This document shows positions 1 through 7,886 of a stretch of 32,000 bases of DNA, piece by piece. The position numbers and the translations under genes were made by a program. Source of the stretch: Pseudonocardiales bacterium (GTDB lineage Bacteria; Actinomycetota; Actinomycetes; Mycobacteriales; Pseudonocardiaceae); contig JAHEXI010000017.1 in assembly GCA_023252195.1 (NCBI GenBank), positions 18,604 through 50,603 on the forward strand, given 5' to 3'. The notes beneath the pieces are model-generated. The model was not told the DNA's origin. It ran no database searches and worked only from the letters and a program-made list of their open reading frames with translations. Every line of letters begins with the position of its first letter. Position 1 is the stretch's first letter.

Positions 1-217
1 CCTGGCAGTAGACCTCCACGTAGGCCTCGGTGGTCCAGCCCAGCGCCGACGGATCGACCACCACGGTGAAGCCCCGGATCGCGCCGCTGGCCCGCAGCCG
101 GTCGACCCGGCGCTTCGCAGCTGGCGCGGACAGGCCCACCTCAGCGCCGATTTCGGCATAGGTGGCGCGGCCGTCCCGGAGCAGGCGGCCGATCACCTGG
201 TGATCGATGGCATCCAC
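1..217 (-). CDS. Lrp/AsnC-family transcriptional regulator, N-terminal part (3' end lies outside the window)
   Basis: Reverse-strand translation from GTG at 215-217 gives VDAIDHQVIGRLLRDGRATYAEIGAEVGLSAPAAKRRVDRLRASGAIRGFTVVVDPSALGWTTEAYVEVYCQ. This is the AsnC-type HTH followed by the start of the ligand/RAM domain. It is divergent from an amino-acid catabolic pair. It is absent from the ORF track because it is truncated. Confidence 0.85.
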   Translation of the reverse strand, partial: MDAIDHQVIGRLLRDGRATYAEIGAEVGLSAPAAKRRVDRLRASGAIRGFTVVVDPSALGWTTEAYVEVYCQ

Positions 218-247
218 GGGCACTTACTCCTTCGTCACGGCGGGAGA

Positions 248-327
248 TACGCAAGGATCCATCATTAACCTCTAGATTACGCAACGAATATAGCTTCATT
301 CCGCAACATCTGCGTATTGTTTGCGTA
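248..327. promoter_or_regulatory. Nested inverted repeats (2x TACGCA, then 2x TGCGTA) in the Lrp/DDAH divergent intergenic region; candidate Lrp/AsnC operator array
   Basis: TACGCA at 248-253 and 278-283; TGCGTA at 311-316 and 322-327. TTACGCAA (277-284) is the reverse complement of TTGCGTAA (321-328). This is the AT-richest part of the intergenic region. Confidence 0.4.
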
Positions 328-345
328 ACGGGACGCACCTACCGT

Positions 346-1209
346 TTGGGTGTGACCGTCGTGTTGGAGTCCCCGAGACCCCGTGCCGTCTTCGGCCGGG
401 GCGCTCGCCCGCGCCGGTATCTGATGTGTCCGCCCGAGTACTTCACCGTGGCTTACTCGATCAACCCGTGGATGGACATCAGCCGCCCCATCGACACCAC
501 GCTGGCCAGGCGGCAGTGGGAGGTGCTGCGCCGGACTTACCTGGACCTGGGGCACACCGTGCAGGTCATCACGCCGGTACCCGCTCTGCCAGACATGGTC
601 TTCGCCGCCAACGGTGGGCTGGTCATCGACGGCACCGCGCTCAGCGCCCGGTTCGCCCACCCCCAGAGGGCCGCCGAAGGCCCGGCCTACCTGGCCTGGC
701 TACGCTGCGCCGGACTGCGCTCGGCGACCGAGGCCGAGCACGTCAACGAGGGCGAGGGCGACTTCCTGGTCGTCGGCGGCTCGGACGGCATCGTGCTGGC
801 CGGCACCGGGTTCCGCACCGCGCCTGCGGCGCACGCCGAGGTCCAGGAACTGTTCGGCCGTCCGGTGGTGTCGCTGCGGCTGGTCGATCCGCGTTTCTAT
901 CACCTGGACACCGCGCTCGCGGTGCTCGACGAGCACACCGTGGCCTACTACCCGGAGGCTTTCAGCCCGGGCAGCCGCGAGGTGCTGCGCAGGCTGTTCC
1001 CCGAGGCACTGCTGGCCGACGCGCGCGACGCTGCCGTGCTGGGACTCAACGCGGTGTCCGACGGTCGGCATGTGGTGCTCGCCGAGCAGGCCACCAGGCT
1101 GGCGGCGCAGCTGCGCGAGCGCGGTTACCAGCCGATCGGTGTCGACCTGTCCGAGCTACTTAAGGCCGGCGGCGGGGCGAAGTGCTGCACCCTGGAGATC
1201 CGGGAATGA
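346..1209 (+). CDS. Amidinotransferase / dimethylarginine dimethylaminohydrolase-like enzyme (guanidino-group-modifying superfamily)
   Basis: N-terminal RRYLMCPPEYFTVAYSINPWM and C-terminal GGGAKCCTLE (catalytic Cys region) are typical of this superfamily. Third-position GC is high. The TGA overlaps the rocD ATG (ATGA at 1206-1209). Start is ambiguous (TTG 346, GTG 352 or 361). Confidence 0.85.
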   Translation: MGVTVVLESPRPRAVFGRGARPRRYLMCPPEYFTVAYSINPWMDISRPIDTTLARRQWEVLRRTYLDLGHTVQVITPVPALPDMVFAANGGLVIDGTALSARFAHPQRAAEGPAYLAWLRCAGLRSATEAEHVNEGEGDFLVVGGSDGIVLAGTGFRTAPAAHAEVQELFGRPVVSLRLVDPRFYHLDTALAVLDEHTVAYYPEAFSPGSREVLRRLFPEALLADARDAAVLGLNAVSDGRHVVLAEQATRLAAQLRERGYQPIGVDLSELLKAGGGAKCCTLEIRE

Positions 1210-2510
1210 GCCTGCTCGCCGACGCCAGCTCGCCGGGGGTGGCCGACCACCTCCGGCTGACTGACGCGCACACCGCGCACAACTACGCTCCGCTACCGGT
1301 GGTGATCGCCGCCGCCGAGGGTGCCTGGGTCACCGACGTCGCCGGGAACCGCTACCTGGACTGCCTCTCGGCGTACTCGGCGGTGAACTTCGGGCACCGC
1401 AACGAGCGGATCCTGGCCGCCGCCCGGGCGCAGCTGGACCGGGTCACGCTGACCAGCCGGGCGTTCGGTCACGACCAGCTCGGCCCGTTCTGCGCCGAGC
1501 TCGCCGAGCTGGTCGGCAAGCAGCTGGTGCTGCCGATGAACACCGGCGCGGAGGCGGTGGAAAGCGCCATCAAGGTCGCCCGCAAGTGGGGCTACCAGGT
1601 CAAAGGCGTGCCGGACGGCCTGGCCACGATCATCGTCGCCGGTGGGAACTTCCACGGCCGCACCACCACGATCATCAGCTTCTCCGACGACCCGGACGCC
1701 CGCGCCGACTTCGGCCCGTACACCCCCGGCTTTCGGACCGTGCCCTACGGCGACGCGGCCGCACTCGCCGACGCGATCGACGAGCACACCGTCGCGGTGC
1801 TGCTGGAACCGGTGCAGGGCGAGGCTGGCGTCATCCTGCCGCCGCCCGGCTACCTGGGTCGGGTCCGCGAGCTCTGCACCCGCGGCAACGTGCTGTTCAT
1901 CGCCGACGAGATCCAGTCCGGGCTGGCCCGCACCGGCCGGACGCTAGCCTGCGAGCACTACGGCGTAGTACCGGACATGTACCTGCTCGGTAAGGCCCTC
2001 GGCGGCGGGGTGGTGCCGGTGTCCGCAGTGGTCGCCGACGCGGACGTGCTGGGCGTGCTGCAGCCCGGCCAGCATGGCTCGACATTCGGCGGTAACCCGC
2101 TGGCCTGCGCGGTCGGCCGGGCCGTGGTCGCGATGCTGGGCACCGGCGAGTACCAGCACCGGGCTCGCCGGCTCGGCGAGCACCTGCACCGCGGGCTCGA
2201 CGCACTGGTCGGCCGCGGCGTCACCGCCGTGCGCTGCCTCGGACTGTGGGCCGGGGTGGACATCGACCCGATCCTGGGTACCGGACGCGAGGTATGCGAA
2301 CGGCTGCTCGAACACGGCGTGCTCGCCAAGGACGCCCACGGCGCCACCATCCGGTTGGCCCCGCCGCTGGTCGTCGAACCCGACGAGCTGCGCTGGGCCG
2401 TCGCCACACTACACGCGGCGCTCGCCGAGATGAGCCGTGACTTACCCCAGGGCAAGCCTGCTGCATCACCAGTGCAGGTGCCGAGCCAGCCAGTCTGGCC
2501 CGCTGGCTAG
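1206..2510 (+). CDS. rocD: Ornithine--oxo-acid aminotransferase (class-III PLP aminotransferase)
   Basis: Translation MSLLADASS...HNYAPLPVVIAAAEGAWVTDV...DEIQSGLARTGR...LLGKALGGG (PLP-lysine context). I chose ATG 1206 over the track's GTG 1182 because it forms a 4-nt ATGA overlap with the upstream stop. Confidence 0.9.
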   Translation: MSLLADASSPGVADHLRLTDAHTAHNYAPLPVVIAAAEGAWVTDVAGNRYLDCLSAYSAVNFGHRNERILAAARAQLDRVTLTSRAFGHDQLGPFCAELAELVGKQLVLPMNTGAEAVESAIKVARKWGYQVKGVPDGLATIIVAGGNFHGRTTTIISFSDDPDARADFGPYTPGFRTVPYGDAAALADAIDEHTVAVLLEPVQGEAGVILPPPGYLGRVRELCTRGNVLFIADEIQSGLARTGRTLACEHYGVVPDMYLLGKALGGGVVPVSAVVADADVLGVLQPGQHGSTFGGNPLACAVGRAVVAMLGTGEYQHRARRLGEHLHRGLDALVGRGVTAVRCLGLWAGVDIDPILGTGREVCERLLEHGVLAKDAHGATIRLAPPLVVEPDELRWAVATLHAALAEMSRDLPQGKPAASPVQVPSQPVWPAG

Positions 2511-2554
2511 CACAGGCCAGTGGTGGGTTGCCCTCACGCGTGTCACGCGAGCGT

Positions 2555-3271
2555 TCAGGAGGGTTTGGGTGGTTTGCCGCTGATGCGGGTGATGATGTCG
2601 TGGGCGATGTCGCGCAGCTTGGTGTTGCGGTGCGAGGACGCGGCGCGCAGGATCTCGAATGCGTCATCGGCGGTGCACCGGTTTTGGCCCATGATGATGC
2701 CCAGCGCCTGATCGATGATGGTGCGGGAGGCCAAGGCGGCTTCGAGGTGACCGGTGAGCTCGACTTTATCGGCTAGCCGCCAGGCCAAACGCAGCGCACG
2801 AGCCGCCTCACCGGCGAAGCCTTCGGCGCGGTGCACCTGATCAGGGGTGAACACCCAGGGCTGGTGAGAGTAGAGGTTCAGCGCCCCGTTCTCGCCCAGG
2901 CTGATCAACAGCGGGACGGACAGGACGGATCCGATCCCGTGGGCGAGGGCATCCAGGCGGTAGTCGCCCCACCGGTATTCGGTGGCGAGGTCGTTGATGG
3001 TCACGATCTCGCCGGCGCGCATCGCGGTGAGGCAGGGCCCGTTGTGGTGGCCGTATTGCACCTCATCGAGGTTGGTCGCGGTGTCGTCGCTGCTGGCCAC
3101 GGTGAAGGGCCGACCGTCGCGGCTCAGGGTGATCCCGCACGACAGCCCGGGCCCTATGGTGTCCGCGGCGTAGTGGGACACATCGGTGAGGAAGTCGGTG
3201 AGGCTGTCGGTGTCGAGGAGTAGTTGCTGAAGCTCGGCGGCGGCCGACGGGCCGAGGGCGCCCTGTACCAC
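2555..3271 (-). CDS. GAF + ANTAR domain RNA-binding regulator (antiterminator-type one-component regulator)
   Basis: The C-terminus ...LEAALASRTIIDQALGIIMGQNRCTADDAFEILRAASSHRNTKLRDIAHDII is a clear ANTAR helix bundle. The preceding ~150 aa look like a GAF domain (GPCLTAMRAGEIVTINDL...LSVPLL...GALNLYS). High third-position GC starts at about GTG 3271. The rest of the 517-aa track ORF upstream is Trp/Cys/Pro-rich and does not look coding. Start is uncertain. Confidence 0.8.
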   Translation of the reverse strand: MVQGALGPSAAAELQQLLLDTDSLTDFLTDVSHYAADTIGPGLSCGITLSRDGRPFTVASSDDTATNLDEVQYGHHNGPCLTAMRAGEIVTINDLATEYRWGDYRLDALAHGIGSVLSVPLLISLGENGALNLYSHQPWVFTPDQVHRAEGFAGEAARALRLAWRLADKVELTGHLEAALASRTIIDQALGIIMGQNRCTADDAFEILRAASSHRNTKLRDIAHDIITRISGKPPKPS

Positions 3272-3758
3272 GAGATTGTCACCAGTCTCGGCGTGAGAGC
3301 CGAGTCTCCGATCATCGCAGACGGCGCGCCGTGGGGCCGACGAACTCGGAGTGCCTCCGACACCCCCCGTGGTGGCCGCGGCGTGGTGCCGCTCGGTGGG
3401 CACCACCTGGGCCCTGGAGCTGCACGAACTCGACGCTGGCACCGCGCGGGGGACGGTCGTGGCCTGGATCAGCTCCGGAGTACCTGTCACCCAACCAGCG
3501 CCGGACGCGCTGGCCCGCGACCTGCTTGCCGCGGGCTGCGGCTGCTCCGCGATCCGTCCGCCGGCCCCGGCACCCGCAGCCGGCGTCGCATTGGCTACGT
3601 CTGTGCCCACACCGAGCCGATCACAGGGACCGACCCCGCCACCCGCGCCGCGCTGCTCCTGGCCCTTGCCTGGGGCCCGGCCACCACCGAATCCGACCCA
3701 TCGACCAACCACACCGCCCGGATCACCGCCGTTGATTCCCGGCGTCCGGCCCCCGATT

Positions 3759-4043
3759 TCAGGCCCGGCGGCCCAATCCGGGGTAGTCCAGCACCACGCT
3801 ATCGGCATCCACAGTGAGCTCCGCTTCGAACGAGTCCCCGCTGATGCCGACCACTGCCGGCTCGCCCAGCGACACCGTGCGGTAGCTCTGGGATACCGGG
3901 CACACCTCCAGGCTGGGCAAGCCGACGAACACCACCAGCAGATCGTGCCGGGCATCGGCGCGATGCAGTTCCAGCCGGCGCACCGGCGGCGCGGTGAACA
4001 GCGGACTGAACGCCAGGCCGCCGCCTTCTGGATAGCGGGGTAG
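3759..4043 (-). pseudogene. C-terminal half of a putative glycolipid-binding-domain protein (Glycolipid_bind/DUF1089-like), 5'-truncated
   Basis: The open frame reads LPRYPEGGGLAFSPLFTAPPVRRLELHRADARHDLLVVFVGLPSLEVCPVSQSYRTVSLGEPAVVGISGDSFEAELTVDADSVVLDYPGLGRRA*. This matches my recollection of the C-terminal part of that family (...FTAELTVDxDGLVxDYPGLFxR). An in-frame TGA lies immediately upstream (4044-4046), followed by AT-richer unrelated sequence. Confidence 0.55.
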
Positions 4044-4793
4044 TCATTTGTTGGTGAGCGTGACCCTGAATCGTCGTAGCTATCGGTTGGAACCAATAAG
4101 TGGGTCATACGGTCATCACTCTTCGTCGTCTCGCGTTAAAAGCAAAAGGCAAAAGAACGCCCTCCCAGGGTACATCGGGCTGAATTCCGCGCAACGCGCA
4201 CGCACAGTTCCCATCGGCCAGTACCGGCCGACTTGTGAGATTTCTCGCTGGTTGTTCTACCGGTGGGCCCGGCTGTCGCCGACAGTGGTGGTGATGTCCA
4301 GGCATCGTTGCGCGAGGTGACGCTGGGTGGCGACGAGCTCGTCGACGACCTCGCGCTGAGCCGCGAGCACCCTCTCGAACAGGTCATAGGCGCCCGATGG
4401 GGGATCATCGCAGTGGCGCACTGTTTGGGTGGATTTTTGCTGGTAGCGTGGGCCGCGGTCCGGCAGCGTGGCCAGCCCACAGAGATTGATGTGCGTGGTG
4501 CGAGATGCCCCTGGACTGTTTCCTCACGCGCGGAGGTGCCAGCGTGGTGATGATGCCCGGGTGCGCGTCCGCGGTGCCGGTCGCCGTGGCCACCCGCCGG
4601 AACCGCGATGGGTAGCGCCACGGGGAGCCGACACCGCTGTTGGTGCTGGTGCAGGTGGGTCGGGGATCTCTCACCAGCAGGGGCCCTCACAGCGCACGTG
4701 AGCCGACGAGACCGCGACGGTCACCGGTGGGAAGTAGGCGGTTGGGCGACCAACCGCAGACAACGCCGCTTGAGCGGCCGAGGACGGATGGAC

Positions 4794-5066
4794 ATGACCG
4801 AACGGTTCGATGCCCACAACATCTCTATAGACGAGCAGCTGGCCCACGAAGGCGCGTGCGCCCAGATCCATCTGCCTTCCGGCCGGACCTGCGGGCTGCC
4901 CCTCCACCACCACGGAAGCTGCCGATTTCTTCACCTCACGGATTCCCCCGCTCCCGCTCGCCGTCGCCACCTGGGCGCAGCCCTGGGAGCTGAGTTCCCA
5001 CCCGCGGCCGAAGGTCCGATCGCGCCGCAGGCGGCAGGCGGGCAGCATGAGGGCAGAGTCCTCTAG
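4794..5066 (+). CDS. Hypothetical small protein with a Cys/His cluster (orphan)
   Basis: ATG 4794 lies 9 nt after AGGA (4781-4784). Product MTERFDAHNISIDEQLAHEGACAQIHLPSGRTCGLPLHHHGSCRF..., with a C-x12-C-x7-HHH-x2-C pattern. Third-position GC is moderately high in the first ~45 codons. I recognised no family. Confidence 0.35.
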   Translation: MTERFDAHNISIDEQLAHEGACAQIHLPSGRTCGLPLHHHGSCRFLHLTDSPAPARRRHLGAALGAEFPPAAEGPIAPQAAGGQHEGRVL

Positions 5067-5167
5067 GGGGCACGCGCGTTTCCCGCCGAGCCTGCTGCCG
5101 CATTGGTATTACTAGACTTGCTTACCTTTTGTCGGCGTGGATCTCCCGGTGTACCCGGCTGGAAACG

Positions 5168-5326
5168 ATGCGCGACGCGTTGACCCGTCACCAACAATGG
5201 TGCGCAGCAGAGGACCTGACCGGGCCCACCTACGAACCGCAACGCGCGCACCTGCAAACTGAGGTCGCCGCCGAACTAGACCGCCTCGACCAAGCCCGCG
5301 GCCGGGATGCCAGCGATGCCGCCTAG
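5168..5326 (+). CDS. Hypothetical small protein (orphan)
   Basis: MRDALTRHQQWCAAEDLTGPTYEPQRAHLQTEVAAELDRLDQARGRDASDAA has a protein-like helical composition. It is co-directional with the flanking small ORFs. SD is weak and the start is uncertain (track uses GTG 5129). Confidence 0.3.
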   Translation: MRDALTRHQQWCAAEDLTGPTYEPQRAHLQTEVAAELDRLDQARGRDASDAA

Positions 5327-5343
5327 GCCCCCGCGGTTCGGTG

Positions 5344-5559
5344 ATGTCTGGAGCAATGCTGGCCGTCCCGATCCGGGACACCAGCAGACCCGGATCCCGA
5401 ATCGTCACCGAGCCGATCCCCGACGTCGGCCAGGCGGTGCTGGATCGGATCACCGCGCTACCCCGAACCTGGCTCACCGGTGACCAGCCGATCGCCAAAC
5501 TGCACCCCGACCGCCACACCGAGGTCGGTCGACGCATCTGCAACCTGATCGGCCCCTAA
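5344..5559 (+). CDS. Hypothetical small protein (orphan; may be a fragment of a larger gene)
   Basis: MSGAMLAVPIRDTSRPGSRIVTEPIPDVGQAVLDRITALPRTWLTGDQPIAKLHPDRHTEVGRRICNLIGP has high third-position GC and a protein-like composition. I recognised no family. Confidence 0.3.
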   Translation: MSGAMLAVPIRDTSRPGSRIVTEPIPDVGQAVLDRITALPRTWLTGDQPIAKLHPDRHTEVGRRICNLIGP

Positions 5560-5795
5560 CCCGTGCCGCGGTCGCCATAGTCACCGGGTCAATGCCATGC
5601 GTCACCGCACGTCCGACGATTTCTTGAGTGTTGCGAGGGCCGGTGGCACAGGACGCGCCGACTGGCTACAGGGCTGCGCGCCATCGAGCGCCGATCAATG
5701 AGCGCAACTTCGTCTTCCTGCTCCGCTGACAAGCGCTCTAGGCTCGGTGGGTGGGAACGCGGCCACGAGATCCCGCACGGAAAGAGGAGACCGTC

Positions 5796-6401
5796 ATGGC
5801 GATCGACCCCAAGACCACCGCCGTTGTGCTGATCGAGTACCAGAACGACTTCACCTCCGAGGGGGGCGTTCTGCACGACGCGGTCCGAGAGGTGATGGAC
5901 AAGACCGACATGCTGGCCAACACCAAGCGGGTGGTCGAGGCCGCCCGGGCCGCCGGCGTGACGGTCATGCACGCGCCCATCACCTTCTCCAAGGGATACG
6001 GTGAGCTCAACGTCCAGCCCTACGGGATCCTCAAGGGCATCGTCGACGGCCAGTGCTTTGTGAAGGACAGCTGGGGCGCCGCCATCATGGACGAGCTGGC
6101 GCCACAGGAGGGCGACATCGTGATCGAGGGCAAGCGCGGCCTCGACACCTTCGCCAGCACCAATCTCGATTTCGTCCTCCGCAACAAGGGAATCACGACG
6201 ATCGTCCTCGGCGGCTTCCTCACCAACTGCTGCGTCGAGTCGACTATGCGAACGGGCTACGAGCGCGGTTACCAGGTGCTGACACTCACCGACTGCACGG
6301 CAGCTACCTCACCCGAGCAGTACGACAACGCGCTCGCCTACGACTTCCCGATGTTCTCGCAGCCAACGACGTCGGAGGACTTCATCGGCGAGCTTCCCTG
6401 A
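5796..6401 (+). CDS. Isochorismatase-family cysteine hydrolase
   Basis: MAIDPKTTAVVLIEYQNDF...IVLGGFLTNCCVESTMRTGYERGY (catalytic Cys context G..T..CV.ST). ATG 5796 is preceded by AAAGAGGAGA. The track's upstream GTG extension was rejected. Confidence 0.9.
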   Translation: MAIDPKTTAVVLIEYQNDFTSEGGVLHDAVREVMDKTDMLANTKRVVEAARAAGVTVMHAPITFSKGYGELNVQPYGILKGIVDGQCFVKDSWGAAIMDELAPQEGDIVIEGKRGLDTFASTNLDFVLRNKGITTIVLGGFLTNCCVESTMRTGYERGYQVLTLTDCTAATSPEQYDNALAYDFPMFSQPTTSEDFIGELP

Positions 6402-6405
6402 ATCG

Positions 6406-7875
6406 TTATCGGAGCTTCTCCAGGGTAGTCCGTGCGCCGTGCTCGTGCAGTGACGCCAGCGATGCGCGGTAGTGCGCGGTGAAGCGCTCGTCATCGATCA
6501 GGTCGCCGAACAGCTCTCGATCCGCGATGAAGGCGAGCGGATTTTCGCGTTGCCGGCGAGCGTTCGCCATCAGGGTGTCTTTCAACCGGTCGACCACCTC
6601 GATCGGCCGGCCCTGCTCATCTATCCCTTCTGCGTAACGTGCCCAACTGGCCACTACCGCGGCCGATCGGGTGATCTCGCCTCCCGTGACCAGGTTGTGC
6701 CGGATGACCGGCAGGAGCCATTTCGGGATCCGGTCGGAGCTCTCCGCGCACAGTCGCGCCACGGTGTCCCGCACGTTCGGGTTGGAGAAGCGGGCGATCA
6801 GGTTCTGTTTGTAGCCCGCCACGTCGATTCCGGGGAGGGGCTGCAGGGTCGGCGTCGCCTCTTCGTCCATGTACGCGAGCAGGAAATGTTGGAACAGTGC
6901 GTCTTGGCACACCTCGTGCACCAGCCGGTAGCCGGTAAGATACCCGAAATAGCACAGTGCCTGGTGGCTGGCGTTGAGCAGCCGCAGTTTCATCAGCTCG
7001 TAGGGTTCGACGTCGCTGACGAGTTGCACACCGGCGTCCTCCCAGGGCGGGCGACCGTTACTGAAGTCGTCTTCCAATACCCATTGCGTGAAGGGCTCGC
7101 AGACCACCGGCCATTGATCGTCGATCCCGAACCGTCGGCCGATTTCGGCCTTGTCCTCGTCGGTGGTCACCGGCGTGATCCGATCGACCATCGAGTTCGG
7201 GAACCGGACCTGCTGCTCTACCCAGGCGCCGAGCTCGGGATCCTGCAGTGTGGCGAAGGCGACGAAGCTCTTTCTCGCGGCGTCGCCGTTGCCCTGGATA
7301 TTGTCGCAGGACATCACGGTGAACGGCGGCAGATCGCGCGCGCGCCGGCGGACCAGGGCCTCAGTGACCAACCCGAAAACCGTCTTCGGAATGGTTGCCG
7401 GCGCGGTGTCGTGCACGACGTCAGGGTTGCGCGCGTCGAACTCCCCGGTGACGGCGTGGAAGTTGTACCCGCCCTCAGTCACCGTCAATGACACGATCCA
7501 GGTCTGCTCGTCGGCCAGCTTCTCGATGACCGACTCCGGATCGTCCGGCGCGAACAGGTACTCGACAATCGAGCCGATCACCTGAGGCTCAAGAGACCCG
7601 TCTGGATGTTTGACCACCAGGGTGTAGAGGCAATCCTGAGCCGCCATTGCGTCTTTCATCCTGCGATCGGATGGCAGCACGCCGACCCCGCAGATGCCCC
7701 AGTCCAGCGCCTTCCCGTCGCGCATCAGACGGTCGAGGTACATGGCTTGATGCGATCGATGAAACCCGCCTACACCGAAATGCACGATGCCCGTCCGCAC
7801 GGTGTCACGGTGATAGGTCGGAATCGACACTGATGCGGGCAGCGACGACAATGATGTCGCGTTGAGCGGCTGCAT
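6406..7875 (-). CDS. mtlK: Mannitol 2-dehydrogenase family (long-chain mannitol/fructuronate dehydrogenase)
   Basis: N-terminal GIVHFGVGGFHRSHQAMYLD Rossmann signature and overall ~490-aa length. ATG 7875 is preceded by GAAAGGA. It lies 11 nt downstream of the ABC ATPase stop and is the last gene of the polyol operon. Confidence 0.9.
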   Translation of the reverse strand: MQPLNATSLSSLPASVSIPTYHRDTVRTGIVHFGVGGFHRSHQAMYLDRLMRDGKALDWGICGVGVLPSDRRMKDAMAAQDCLYTLVVKHPDGSLEPQVIGSIVEYLFAPDDPESVIEKLADEQTWIVSLTVTEGGYNFHAVTGEFDARNPDVVHDTAPATIPKTVFGLVTEALVRRRARDLPPFTVMSCDNIQGNGDAARKSFVAFATLQDPELGAWVEQQVRFPNSMVDRITPVTTDEDKAEIGRRFGIDDQWPVVCEPFTQWVLEDDFSNGRPPWEDAGVQLVSDVEPYELMKLRLLNASHQALCYFGYLTGYRLVHEVCQDALFQHFLLAYMDEEATPTLQPLPGIDVAGYKQNLIARFSNPNVRDTVARLCAESSDRIPKWLLPVIRHNLVTGGEITRSAAVVASWARYAEGIDEQGRPIEVVDRLKDTLMANARRQRENPLAFIADRELFGDLIDDERFTAHYRASLASLHEHGARTTLEKLR

Positions 7876-7886
7876 GTGCGGTCCTT

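Noticed and set aside
2535-2542. CACGCGTG palindrome between the convergent rocD and GAF-ANTAR genes as a bidirectional terminator
   Set aside because: It is an 8-bp perfect palindrome with no loop, no extended stem and no U-tract, too short to support a terminator call.
3272-4108. N-terminal ~280 codons of the 517-aa track ORF (2555..4108, minus strand) as part of the GAF-ANTAR protein
   Set aside because: The translation is Trp/Cys/Pro/Gly/Arg-rich and not protein-like. It overlaps the better-supported glycolipid-binding remnant in another frame. Third-position GC just upstream of GTG 3271 is about 63 percent by hand count, against a clearly higher value downstream.
6472-7491. 339-aa plus-strand ORF antisense to the mannitol dehydrogenase gene; likewise 7926..8786 (+), 10021..11043 (+), 10948..12261 (-), 17704..18741 (+) and 23420..24268 (+)
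   Set aside because: These are typical long spurious ORFs opposite or out of frame with real genes in high-GC DNA. Their products are Arg/Gly/Pro/His-rich with no family resemblance, while the overlapping genes have clear homology and motifs.
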